Shown here one piece after another: positions 10,891 to 18,911 of a stretch of DNA of 64,000 nucleotides (its first letter is position 1; every line of letters starts with the position of its first letter). The DNA is from Tissierellia bacterium (GTDB lineage Bacteria; Bacillota; Clostridia; Tissierellales; Peptoniphilaceae), in the NCBI GenBank assembly GCA_030529425.1, contig JAUMWX010000004.1:78629-142628 (forward strand), read 5' to 3'. The notes below the pieces were generated by a model that saw nothing but the letters and a program-made list of their open reading frames with translations, was not told the DNA's origin and ran no database searches. The position numbers and the translations under genes are program-made.

Positions 10891-10965
10891 AATCCTTCCT
10901 TTCTTTTCTTGATTTAATAATAACATATATCTAAAAAACTTTAAATTATACCCCGTATAAAAGTA

Positions 10966-11000
10966 TCAAAAAAGGAGCTAAAATTTTTTATTTTAGCTCC
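10966..11000 (-). terminator. Rho-independent terminator: 10-bp stem GGAGCTAAAA/TTTTAGCTCC followed by a T-run on the minus strand.
   Basis: Perfect inverted repeat with a 7-nt loop. On the minus strand it is followed by TTTTTTTGATAC. It separates the hydrogenase-like operon from the glg operon promoter (TTGATA ... TATAAT around 10945-10975). Confidence 0.6.
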
Positions 11001-11299
11001 AAGTTCGTCATTATAATCGCCCGAATATTTAACAAATAAACTTAATTTAACATGTAATCAAATATCCATACCTTACAATCATAATCCATACTAAATTTAT
11101 ACTTCAATATCCAAAATGTTTGAAGTCTATATGCAGAAATTAATTCCTAAATATATATACTTCATTACAACTCCATTTTTTTCAAAATATATAATAAATT
11201 CTGCTCATACATTGAGATGTCACAATGAATACCCACAGTAACAAAAAGATTAATACAGTTGTTATATTCCGTAGTATTCATTGATAACTGCACAAAACT

Positions 11300-12802
11300 T
11301 TATTCTTCAAATTTGTGACTTATATTATAATTTTCAGTCGGATAATACACTTCAGCCGAATCTACGAATTTCTTCAGATCCTTCAATACTCTAGGAGATG
11401 TGGACATGCATCCAGGACCGTTTACGCAACCCCCCGGACAAGCCATTCCTTCAAGAAGATATCCTTTGTATTTTCCGGCTTTTGCTACCTTCATCATCTT
11501 CATACATTCAGATAAAGCATCTGCGTGCATGATATTTATTTCTCTTGTAGGATCCAGTTTTTCCGCAGTTGCTTTTACCGCTCCCGCAACACCTGTAGCA
11601 ACCGCATAATTTCTTCCCAGTGAAGAAGAAAACTTGAAATCAGATTTAACTTCCATTTCACTAGGCTCAATTTGCTTAGCTTGGAACATTCCGGACAACT
11701 CTTCGTAAGTAATTACATAATCAATTACGCCTTTAAGATCTTCTCTCATCGCCTCAAGTTTTTTCGAAATACATGGCCCTATAAATGTTATTTTAGCTTC
11801 AGGCGCCAATTCCTTAATATACTTGGCAGTATACACCATTGGAGATGCAGAATCTGAAATATATTTAAATTCGGTCGGAAAATTCTTTTCAACCATCAAC
11901 CACCATGAATTACAACATGATGTCGCCATGTACGGAATTTCTTCAGGAACTCTGTGAAGATATTCTTTCGCCTCGTTTATAGTAGTAATATCAGCCCCCA
12001 AACTAACCTCAACAACATTTTTAAATCCAAGTTTCTTGATTGCTTCAATTATTTGTAAAGGAGTAGCTAAAGCTCCGAATTGTCCCACAAATGACGGTGC
12101 AATAATCGCATAATTAGGCTCTCCGTCGGCGATGGACTTGGATACCTGATAAATCTGCCCCTTATCAGCAATAGCTCCAAATGGACATTCAGTCATACAT
12201 CTACCACAGGAAACACATTTGTCTTCAATTATTTTAGCTCGTCCAAGATCATCGCTGGTAATAGCATTAACACCGCATACACTTGAACAAGGTCTGTCAT
12301 ACATTACAACGGCACTATATGGGCAGGCATCTTTACATCTTCCGCATTTAATGCATTTTTCCTTGTCAATATATGCTCTGTCTTTTTTTAATGTAATCGC
12401 ATTAACGGGACATACATTTACGCAAGGATGAGCCAGGCATTTCCTGCAATTGTCGGTCACATAGTAACTCTTTGTCGGACAAGCCGCGCACGCAAACGGA
12501 ATTACATTCACAAGAGGAAGCTCGAAATGAACCTCTTTCATATTATAATTTTCCATTCCGTCAGTTATTAATGAGAATTCTCCCGGTCTTCTTAAATTAA
12601 GACCCATGCTCATTCTAATTCTTTCTTCCAAAATAGCTCTTTCTTTAAAGATGCTGTCCCTATATGTTGCTACTTCCCCCGGAAGTATATCATATGACAT
12701 ATGTACTAAATCTTTTATATCCCTATTTTCAAAAGCATGCTTTGCAACCTCTGAAAACACTCTTCTTCGAAGATAAATTAAATCTGTATACGTCTCTTTC
12801 AT
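11300..12802 (-). CDS. [FeFe]-hydrogenase-like protein: N-terminal unknown domain, two 4Fe-4S ferredoxin motifs and a short H-cluster domain.
   Basis: CIKCGRCKDACP and CVSCGRCMTECP are ferredoxin motifs. The H-cluster motifs are variants: L1 TSCCNSW (canonical TSCCPxW), L2 GPCISKKLE (MPCxxKxxE) and L3 EGMACPGGCVNGPGC (ExMACxxGCxxGGGQP). Confidence 0.65.
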   Translation of the reverse strand: MKETYTDLIYLRRRVFSEVAKHAFENRDIKDLVHMSYDILPGEVATYRDSIFKERAILEERIRMSMGLNLRRPGEFSLITDGMENYNMKEVHFELPLVNVIPFACAACPTKSYYVTDNCRKCLAHPCVNVCPVNAITLKKDRAYIDKEKCIKCGRCKDACPYSAVVMYDRPCSSVCGVNAITSDDLGRAKIIEDKCVSCGRCMTECPFGAIADKGQIYQVSKSIADGEPNYAIIAPSFVGQFGALATPLQIIEAIKKLGFKNVVEVSLGADITTINEAKEYLHRVPEEIPYMATSCCNSWWLMVEKNFPTEFKYISDSASPMVYTAKYIKELAPEAKITFIGPCISKKLEAMREDLKGVIDYVITYEELSGMFQAKQIEPSEMEVKSDFKFSSSLGRNYAVATGVAGAVKATAEKLDPTREINIMHADALSECMKMMKVAKAGKYKGYLLEGMACPGGCVNGPGCMSTSPRVLKDLKKFVDSAEVYYPTENYNISHKFEE

Positions 12803-12817
12803 CTTAACTCCTTAATA

Positions 12818-13081
12818 TTAGATCTTTATCCTTTTCATTATGTTTTCCAAAACCTGACTTCTTTTCACATCCAGAAGTTCATCATCAACATAAACAACGC
12901 ACTTTTTAAAATCATCAGATTTACAAATCTTGTTACACTTTATAGCTTCGGTTTCTATGCTTTCTACACTGTACTCCTCCGGATTTGCAAGAATCAAATC
13001 ATTTAAACTGGCTATTTGATCAAACAATTCCATGGATCCGTTCATAACACAATTGGTTCCCATACAAACTTTAACTTTCAT
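12818..13081 (-). CDS. Thioredoxin-like [2Fe-2S] ferredoxin (NuoE/HydC-like), 87 aa.
   Basis: Cys pattern C6-x4-C11 ... C49-x3-C53 (CMGTNC ... CNKIC). Immediately upstream of, and co-directional with, the hydrogenase-like gene with a 15-bp gap. Confidence 0.6.
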   Translation of the reverse strand: MKVKVCMGTNCVMNGSMELFDQIASLNDLILANPEEYSVESIETEAIKCNKICKSDDFKKCVVYVDDELLDVKRSQVLENIMKRIKI

Positions 13082-13109
13082 GTTTCCTCCTAAACATAAT
13101 ACTTAATTC

Positions 13110-13137
13110 ATTATACCATAGATTTTATAAAATGTCA
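13110..13137 (-). promoter_or_regulatory. Putative sigma-A promoter of the ferredoxin/hydrogenase operon (TGACAT-16-TGgTATAAT on the minus strand).
   Basis: Read from sequence: -35 TGACAT and an extended -10 TGgTATAAT about 30 bp upstream of the fd start codon. It follows the terminator of the upstream operon. Confidence 0.4.
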
Positions 13138-13171
13138 TTATTTTCACAAAGTTAGTCTATCTTAACTTTGC

Positions 13172-13199
13172 ATAAAAAATACCCTTGAAAAACAAGGGT
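13172..13199 (-). terminator. Rho-independent terminator (stem ACCCTTG/CAAGGGT, T-run on the minus strand).
   Basis: 7-bp stem with a 5-nt loop, followed on the minus strand by ATTTTTTT. Directly downstream of the ORF ending at 13207. Confidence 0.6.
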
Positions 13200-13206
13200 C
13201 AAAAAT

Positions 13207-13521
13207 CTATTTTTTATTCAATACAAAACCCACAACATTTGAAATCAGTGCCACAACTCCGTAAAACGGGATATATAATAATGCGCTTTCATTATACATA
13301 ATAAATACTGCGGGAATGAACAACATAGCTGCCATTATCGAAAAAAGCAAATTAAATCCGCTCTTTCCGGAGTATATCAATCCACTGATAAAAACAACCA
13401 AAGGATTATACAAGATTATTTGCAATACTAAGAAGTCTTTGTTTTTAATCAAATTTGGAAATAGATAATAAAAAATCGCAATCACGACTAAATGTGGAAT
13501 CAATTTCTTGTCAAGCTTCAT
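13207..13521 (-). CDS. Small integral membrane protein (3 predicted TM helices), unknown function.
   Basis: Hydrophobic 104-aa product. Start placed at MKLDKK (ATG with a GGGAGA SD); the track's upstream M corresponds to a TTG. Last gene of a 4-gene operon. Confidence 0.5.
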   Translation of the reverse strand: MKLDKKLIPHLVVIAIFYYLFPNLIKNKDFLVLQIILYNPLVVFISGLIYSGKSGFNLLFSIMAAMLFIPAVFIMYNESALLYIPFYGVVALISNVVGFVLNKK

Positions 13522-13537
13522 ATCATTCTCCCAAGAA

Positions 13538-13882
13538 TCAACTGATTCTTTCAAATTCTAAAAACATCGTTCCTTGAAAAGTCAATTTTCCGATATCTCC
13601 CTCCGTAATCAATCCGTAGTCTTTTTCCCAAACTTCAAATTCCATTCTGTCTTTAGAGTCAAATTCAAAAGTAATATAATGGGAATAACGATCTCCCTCA
13701 CTTGTCATATTTTGAACTTCCCTTTTTGAAACTACCATTGCCGGAACCGTCAATTTCGGTGAATTAAGATTTTTAAAATATGTCCTTATAATCATGACTA
13801 AGGATCCGATAAAAATTGCTACGATAGAGATAAAAACAACTAGAAACAGCCATCTGTAAGCGCCAAACATATCTCCAAACAT
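13538..13882 (-). CDS. DUF2500-like protein (N-terminal TM helix plus a small beta-rich domain).
   Basis: MFGDMFGAYRWLFLVVFISIVAIFIG TM segment, then a soluble domain. Start placed at M22 with an AAGGAGGGG SD. DUF2500 assignment is from memory of the family and is moderately confident. Confidence 0.5.
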   Translation of the reverse strand: MFGDMFGAYRWLFLVVFISIVAIFIGSLVMIIRTYFKNLNSPKLTVPAMVVSKREVQNMTSEGDRYSHYITFEFDSKDRMEFEVWEKDYGLITEGDIGKLTFQGTMFLEFERIS

Positions 13883-13945
13883 ATTATCCCCTCCTTTATT
13901 ATAATTATAACAATATATCGTATATATTTCTATATTAAACCTCAA

Positions 13946-14281
13946 TTATAAATCATGGATATTCATTTTGTTAATATCGCTACTTCTCTGAAATTTTTTA
14001 ATTATAGCAGTTTCAATAATCAATATTATCGGTAATATGTAGACTATTAAAAATACAGGGAAAAAGCCTGTGTGAACTGCAAGATACATAACCGGCATAT
14101 ACCTTATTGTCAAATATATAAAAGACGATAAGGGCAAAATATAGTGCAAGTACTTCCTCTTACTCTTAAGCAAAAAATATTGAAGTACACCAAAAACAAC
14201 TATCATCGGAAAATGCGAAAATGTAATAATTCCAAATATTTCAATCGGAAAAATTAAATAATTAAGTACTGACATATTCAT
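13946..14281 (-). CDS. Small integral membrane protein (3 TM), unknown function.
   Basis: 111 aa, hydrophobic. ATGA start/stop overlap with the upstream DUF2089 gene (14278-14281) indicates translational coupling. Confidence 0.5.
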   Translation of the reverse strand: MNMSVLNYLIFPIEIFGIITFSHFPMIVVFGVLQYFLLKSKRKYLHYILPLSSFIYLTIRYMPVMYLAVHTGFFPVFLIVYILPIILIIETAIIKKFQRSSDINKMNIHDL

Positions 14282-14568
14282 CTCCCCTTCTTATATTCAT
14301 TAATCAATAATTTTGTAGTTTCAAAATCCAATCTGTCATCAAGTGCGAGTCTTTTTATCAATGAAATATAAGGATCTTTTTCACTACTGTCTGATATTTT
14401 GATTTTGTCAATCAATTTATCAAGTCTTAGTCTTACGGTAGGATATGTAACTCCATATTGTTTGGCAATATCTTTCAGTGAACCAGATGCCAAAATAAAA
14501 TTTTTTATAAAATTGATATCTTCAACTTCCAAATCCTTCATCCAATTTGGTATATGTTCCATACTCAT
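14278..14568 (-). CDS. DUF2089-like HTH DNA-binding protein, likely operon regulator.
   Basis: 96 aa. ASGSLKDIAKQYGVTYPTVRLRLDKLIDKI is a helix-turn-helix segment typical of DUF2089. It lacks the N-terminal zinc-ribbon cysteines. First gene of the operon, with an AGGAGG SD. Confidence 0.55.
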   Translation of the reverse strand: MSMEHIPNWMKDLEVEDINFIKNFILASGSLKDIAKQYGVTYPTVRLRLDKLIDKIKISDSSEKDPYISLIKRLALDDRLDFETTKLLINEYKKGR

Positions 14569-14590
14569 ACCTTCCTCCTAATTTAATTCT

Positions 14591-14635
14591 AACCTTTAAT
14601 AATATTAAAGTCAATCTTTAACATTATTAAAGGTT
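14591..14635. promoter_or_regulatory. Perfect 13-bp inverted repeat AACCTTTAATAAT-N19-ATTATTAAAGGTT in the 5' region of the DUF2089 operon. Candidate operator or leader hairpin.
   Basis: Seen directly in the 97-bp gap between the DUF2089 gene start (14568) and the EamA-like gene end (14666). On the minus strand the repeat is not followed by a T-run, and it overlaps -10-like TAATAT elements. Confidence 0.45.
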
Positions 14636-14665
14636 AGGTAAAAAAATAGGCAACTTGAAAGCTAC

Positions 14666-15613
14666 CTACTCAAAATATCCCAATACAGCCACCGCAATTC
14701 CTATTGCAAGAATTACAAGTTTTTGTTTAGTATTGATTTTTTCTTTTAATATAATTACTCCCAAAATTGAAGCAACTATTCCGTCAAGACTCATGATGGG
14801 AGCTGTAACCGCCCCATCTCCAGCAAGTGCAAATACATAGAAGAACTGTCCTACCGTTTCAGCCAATCCTCCAACAACAAGTGCAGGCTTGAACGGATTA
14901 AATTTTTGTTTTTTAACAAAAAATAAATAAATGAATGACATTATACCTATAAACAAAAATGTAAGTTCAAATGAAATCAAAGCCTCTTGTTCAGTCAAAA
15001 ATTCCCCCATGTAGTAATCATCCATAAATGTTGCGATAGCATCCACAACCATGTAAGTCAACGGAAAGATTAATGCGCTCGCTCCGAGTTTAACTATTTC
15101 ATTTTTACCAAGATTGCCTTCCATGCTGTCCTTATATTCAAGATAGGCAAGTCTTACCAATCCCAACCCTATGACAATTATCGCAAGCAGCTGATAGATA
15201 TTTAATTCATTCCCCAATACCAGCCACGACAATATACCTGCAATTACACCTGAAGTTGAAGCAATCGGTGAACCTATAGAAATCCTCAGATATCTGTAAC
15301 CGAAAAAATCTATCCCCATAGATAATATATACAAAAATGAAATTGGAAAATAGATATACATTGTACGGAAAGAAAATTCTTGTCCGGATGAATATAGTTT
15401 ATACAATTCATGAAAAGCTTGTAAGCCCATAAAAAAACCGATAATTATAAGTATTTTCAAGTGTGAATATCTATCCGTAGGTTTTGTGGATTTTTTAAAT
15501 GATACGTCGGAAATCCCCCAAAACAATGTTGCTATAATGGCAAAAAAATAAAATTTGTTGTCCAGAACAAAATTGTAAATATTGTTTAAAAACTGTGAAA
15601 TATACTCAAACAT
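14666..15613 (-). CDS. EamA/DMT-superfamily-like transporter (10 TM).
   Basis: Polytopic membrane protein with two roughly repeated 5-TM halves. Start placed at M23 (MFEYISQ) with an AGGAGG SD. Confidence 0.5.
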   Translation of the reverse strand: MFEYISQFLNNIYNFVLDNKFYFFAIIATLFWGISDVSFKKSTKPTDRYSHLKILIIIGFFMGLQAFHELYKLYSSGQEFSFRTMYIYFPISFLYILSMGIDFFGYRYLRISIGSPIASTSGVIAGILSWLVLGNELNIYQLLAIIVIGLGLVRLAYLEYKDSMEGNLGKNEIVKLGASALIFPLTYMVVDAIATFMDDYYMGEFLTEQEALISFELTFLFIGIMSFIYLFFVKKQKFNPFKPALVVGGLAETVGQFFYVFALAGDGAVTAPIMSLDGIVASILGVIILKEKINTKQKLVILAIGIAVAVLGYFE

Positions 15614-15692
15614 AACTCCTCCTATTTTGTTATATTCAACTAACCTAATCAGTTTCTCATTAAATAGGAGCTTAGTCAATATAAATAATAAT

Positions 15693-17009
15693 TTAACAAT
15701 CGTTCTTCAATTTTATTCTAATTACAGTATCAATATCAGTGTTTTTATTCTTTGCAGTTTCATTTTGAGGAAGATCCAAAAAAGTGATATCATAAGATTT
15801 CACCGCCCAAGATTCTGAAATATACAATTCTGAATAATCTAAAACTTTTTCTATATATTCTATATCCGACTTTTCAATATTCTCCAATGGAAGCGGTCCT
15901 ATAGGTTGGTCAAATATATGTGCATACAGGTAATCTTCACTTTGTGTGAAGTACCCCCACTCCGGCTTAGGCAGTTTCGATGCCTTACATCCATAAACAG
16001 ATTCCGAATTCAGTTTCATCCAATCTCCCATTTCACTTAAAATCTGAATACTCTCCTTTGGAAAATTTCCTCTCGCATCCGGTCCTATGTTTAACAGCAT
16101 ATTCCCGCTCTTACTCACACATTCAACCAATTTTCTTATCAAAACTTTGGACGTTTTAAAATCTTTGTCATTTGAATTATATCCCCAATGATTATTCATG
16201 GTAAGACATAGTTCCCACGGAAGCTCTTCTCCTTTTTTGTTCTTTATTCCCTGATAAGGAAGCGCCTGTTCGGGACTGACAAAATCTCCCGCATAGTAAT
16301 TTATATTTTCCGTTACAATGCTTCCAAATCCTTCTCCCGATCCCTCCAATCTGTTATCTATAATTATTTGCGGTTGATACTTCCTGACCATTTCAATCAG
16401 TTTTGTAGCTCGCCATTTTTCTCCACTCATATTTTTATATGAAAAATCAAACCAAATAATATCTATCTTACCGTAATTGCTGACAAGCTCCTCAACTTGG
16501 TTGTGCATATATTCCAAATACTTATCGAAATCAATTTCTTCGTTTCTGAATTTTTCGTTTTCTCTCATGGGATGATAAGGATCCCCATATTTCGGATAAT
16601 GTTCGTGATGCCAGTCAAGCAAACTGAAATATAGTCCTACTTTAAGACCTTCTCCCCTCACAGCTTCAACATAGCCTTTTACAATATCCTTTCCGTAAGG
16701 CGTATTTGTTGATTTATAATCGGTAAATTTAGAGTCGAACAAACAAAATCCATCATGATGTTTTGCGGTCATAACAATGTATTTCATTCCGGCGTTTTTA
16801 GCCTCCTTCGCCCATTTTTTCGGATCAAAATCAACCGGATTAAATCTCTTCATATATTTATCGTATTCTTCATTCGGAATTCTTTCTCCATTTCTCACCC
16901 ATTCCCCTCTTGAAGGTATTGAATACAGTCCCCAATGAATGAACATTCCAAATCTGTCTTTCATAAACCATTCAGTTCTTTTTCTTATATCATTCAAATT
17001 TTGATACAT
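15693..17009 (-). CDS. Alpha-L-fucosidase (GH29).
   Basis: 438 aa. GMKYIVMTAKHHDGFCLFDS and WFDFSY GH29 catalytic-region motifs. GAGGAG SD. Confidence 0.85.
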   Translation of the reverse strand: MYQNLNDIRKRTEWFMKDRFGMFIHWGLYSIPSRGEWVRNGERIPNEEYDKYMKRFNPVDFDPKKWAKEAKNAGMKYIVMTAKHHDGFCLFDSKFTDYKSTNTPYGKDIVKGYVEAVRGEGLKVGLYFSLLDWHHEHYPKYGDPYHPMRENEKFRNEEIDFDKYLEYMHNQVEELVSNYGKIDIIWFDFSYKNMSGEKWRATKLIEMVRKYQPQIIIDNRLEGSGEGFGSIVTENINYYAGDFVSPEQALPYQGIKNKKGEELPWELCLTMNNHWGYNSNDKDFKTSKVLIRKLVECVSKSGNMLLNIGPDARGNFPKESIQILSEMGDWMKLNSESVYGCKASKLPKPEWGYFTQSEDYLYAHIFDQPIGPLPLENIEKSDIEYIEKVLDYSELYISESWAVKSYDITFLDLPQNETAKNKNTDIDTVIRIKLKNDC

Positions 17010-17020
17010 ATTTTTCTCCT

Positions 17021-17878
17021 CTAATTGTCAGTTTTTAAAGCCTTAATTTCAATATTTCCACTTATTGTTTCAGCAAAAAACTTACCGTTTTTCGAATTTT
17101 TCGGAAGATTGATTTTCCCTGAAATTGATTTTGCTGAAAATTCTTTACTTGTTTTGACACTGCCTACAATATTTCCGCTTGTTGTTTTAATATGAATATA
17201 CTCCGAATCTATTTGATTAAAATTGACCGAAGAACTTATAGCCTTTATATTCATATTACTAAATTCAGAGTTTGACACTTTAATATTTCCGCTCACATTA
17301 TTTACAATGAAATTTTTGCCTCGAGAATTTTCTACATTAACGCTCCCGCTGGTGGACTTTACCTCTATATTTTCCGAATAGATGCTTAAAAACATCTCTC
17401 CGCTAATACTTTGTAAATCAACATGGTCAAATTGGTAATCTATAATTTCAATGCTTCCGGAAACATTTTTCACTTTAATCTTTCCATATTTATTATCGGG
17501 CAAGTATACAATTAAATCTCTATTTTTTGGAAATGAAAATAGTGTAAGAAAATCCCAAAACACTTTATCTTTTTTGGCCTCTATATATAGATTTCCCTCT
17601 TTAACTTCTACTGAATAATGATATATATCATTATCATAACAAACAACATGTACATTCTGATCTTTTGATTTTAAAAATTTTACATTGTCTATAGATGTGA
17701 CTATATCTATATTTTCTATTTTTTCTGATTTCACATATGTTCTTTCTGTCGATCCGTTAATGTACGGATTAAGATTTTTAATATCAAATCCGGTTATTAC
17801 AAAGACGGATATTAAAATGCTAAGACCTAACAAAATAAATGTTAAGCTAAGTCTTATAAGAAACTTACTTTTATTCAT
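17021..17878 (-). CDS. DUF4097 (LiaF C-terminal-like putative adhesin/beta-helix) protein with an N-terminal TM helix.
   Basis: N-terminal TM LIRLSLTFILLGLSILISVFVI followed by repetitive SGxI/VxV beta-strand repeats typical of DUF4097. Third gene of the PadR cassette. Confidence 0.6.
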   Translation of the reverse strand: MNKSKFLIRLSLTFILLGLSILISVFVITGFDIKNLNPYINGSTERTYVKSEKIENIDIVTSIDNVKFLKSKDQNVHVVCYDNDIYHYSVEVKEGNLYIEAKKDKVFWDFLTLFSFPKNRDLIVYLPDNKYGKIKVKNVSGSIEIIDYQFDHVDLQSISGEMFLSIYSENIEVKSTSGSVNVENSRGKNFIVNNVSGNIKVSNSEFSNMNIKAISSSVNFNQIDSEYIHIKTTSGNIVGSVKTSKEFSAKSISGKINLPKNSKNGKFFAETISGNIEIKALKTDN

Positions 17879-18467
17879 GTTGCATCTCCTTTATGAAAAA
17901 AACAGATTTAAGCCACCTAAAATATTTCGAATTAAATTTAGATACCTTTTTACTGATTTTGAAAGTAAAAATCAATAGCAAAATCGTAACACCGATTAAT
18001 ATTAAGAGCATTCCGAATAGAATAATTGCCTGCGTATAATAACTTAAAAACGCCATCCTAATACTCGAAATCAAAACTCCAATTGATGTAACTATGAAAG
18101 AAAAATTAATTATGTATATCATCAAAATTAGAACCGCAAAAATCAGATATATTGTTAATGCAACAGTAAATATAATCGGCAAGGAAATTATGGATCCGAA
18201 TATGATTAAAATATTTTTCCATATTGAAAGACTCTTGTCCGGAAATAATCTTTTTTTAATCAAGGTTTTCATAGGAGAATTCAAATACAGTTCTTCTATA
18301 ATTTCATCAATAGGACCCAAACTTTCAATAGCCGCTTGCTCAGTCATTCCGGATTCTTTTTTGTCATCGATAATTTCACTGTAATATTCAATCGCTTTAT
18401 CGACTTCTGTTTTGGGAAAATCAGACATTTTTTTGATTATAGAGTTTAGAAATTCTTTTTTACCCAT
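17871..18467 (-). CDS. DUF1700 membrane protein.
   Basis: N-terminal cytoplasmic helix domain (MGKKEFLNSIIKKMSDFPKTEVDKAIEYYSEIIDD) followed by a multi-TM C-terminus. 8-bp overlap with the PadR gene. Confidence 0.6.
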   Translation of the reverse strand: MGKKEFLNSIIKKMSDFPKTEVDKAIEYYSEIIDDKKESGMTEQAAIESLGPIDEIIEELYLNSPMKTLIKKRLFPDKSLSIWKNILIIFGSIISLPIIFTVALTIYLIFAVLILMIYIINFSFIVTSIGVLISSIRMAFLSYYTQAIILFGMLLILIGVTILLLIFTFKISKKVSKFNSKYFRWLKSVFFIKEMQHE

Positions 18468-18777
18468 ATTTTACCCCCTTGGTTATAAATTCATATATGT
18501 TTACCATTTCCTGCCATTCATCTACAAATTCTTTCAATCTTTCTCTCCCTAGATCAGTAATACTGTAGTATTTTCTTAATCTTCCATTGTGTTCCCTCGA
18601 ATAAACCGTCAATTGACCGTTAGCTTCAAGTCTCCTCAAAATTGGATATAATGTAGATTCAGATATCTCAATATAGGGCTCCAGATCTTTTATTATTTGG
18701 TATCCATATGAATCACTCCCTGAAGTAGCTGCTAAAGCACAAAGATCCAGCAACCCCCTCTTCATTTGTATATCCAC
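18460..18777 (-). CDS. PadR-family transcriptional regulator.
   Basis: GYQIIKDLEPYIEISESTLYPILRRLEANGQLTVY is the PadR winged-helix signature. Start is uncertain: GTG (V13) at 18777 with an AAGGAGG SD at 6 nt spacing, or the in-frame ATG at 18765. Confidence 0.75.
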   Translation of the reverse strand: MDIQMKRGLLDLCALAATSGSDSYGYQIIKDLEPYIEISESTLYPILRRLEANGQLTVYSREHNGRLRKYYSITDLGRERLKEFVDEWQEMVNIYEFITKGVKYG

Positions 18778-18844
18778 AATACACCTCCTTATACATAATA
18801 TTATATATTGCATAGTATAGATTGTAAAGCAGATTTAAATTAAA

Positions 18845-18870
18845 TAAAGAGAACTTTTCTGTTCTCTTAT
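18845..18870 (-). terminator. Rho-independent terminator (AGAGAAC/GTTCTCT stem, T-rich tail on the minus strand).
   Basis: 7-bp stem with a 6-nt loop, directly downstream of the ORF ending at 18912. Confidence 0.5.
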
Positions 18871-18911
18871 AAATTAATTTTCTATTTTTATCTAAAATAA
18901 AATTACATATT

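Noticed and set aside
11012-11017. Plus-strand TATAAT downstream of the hydrogenase-like gene.
   Set aside because: It has no matching -35 and no downstream plus-strand gene, because the region is antisense to the hydrogenase. It is probably a chance match in AT-rich DNA.
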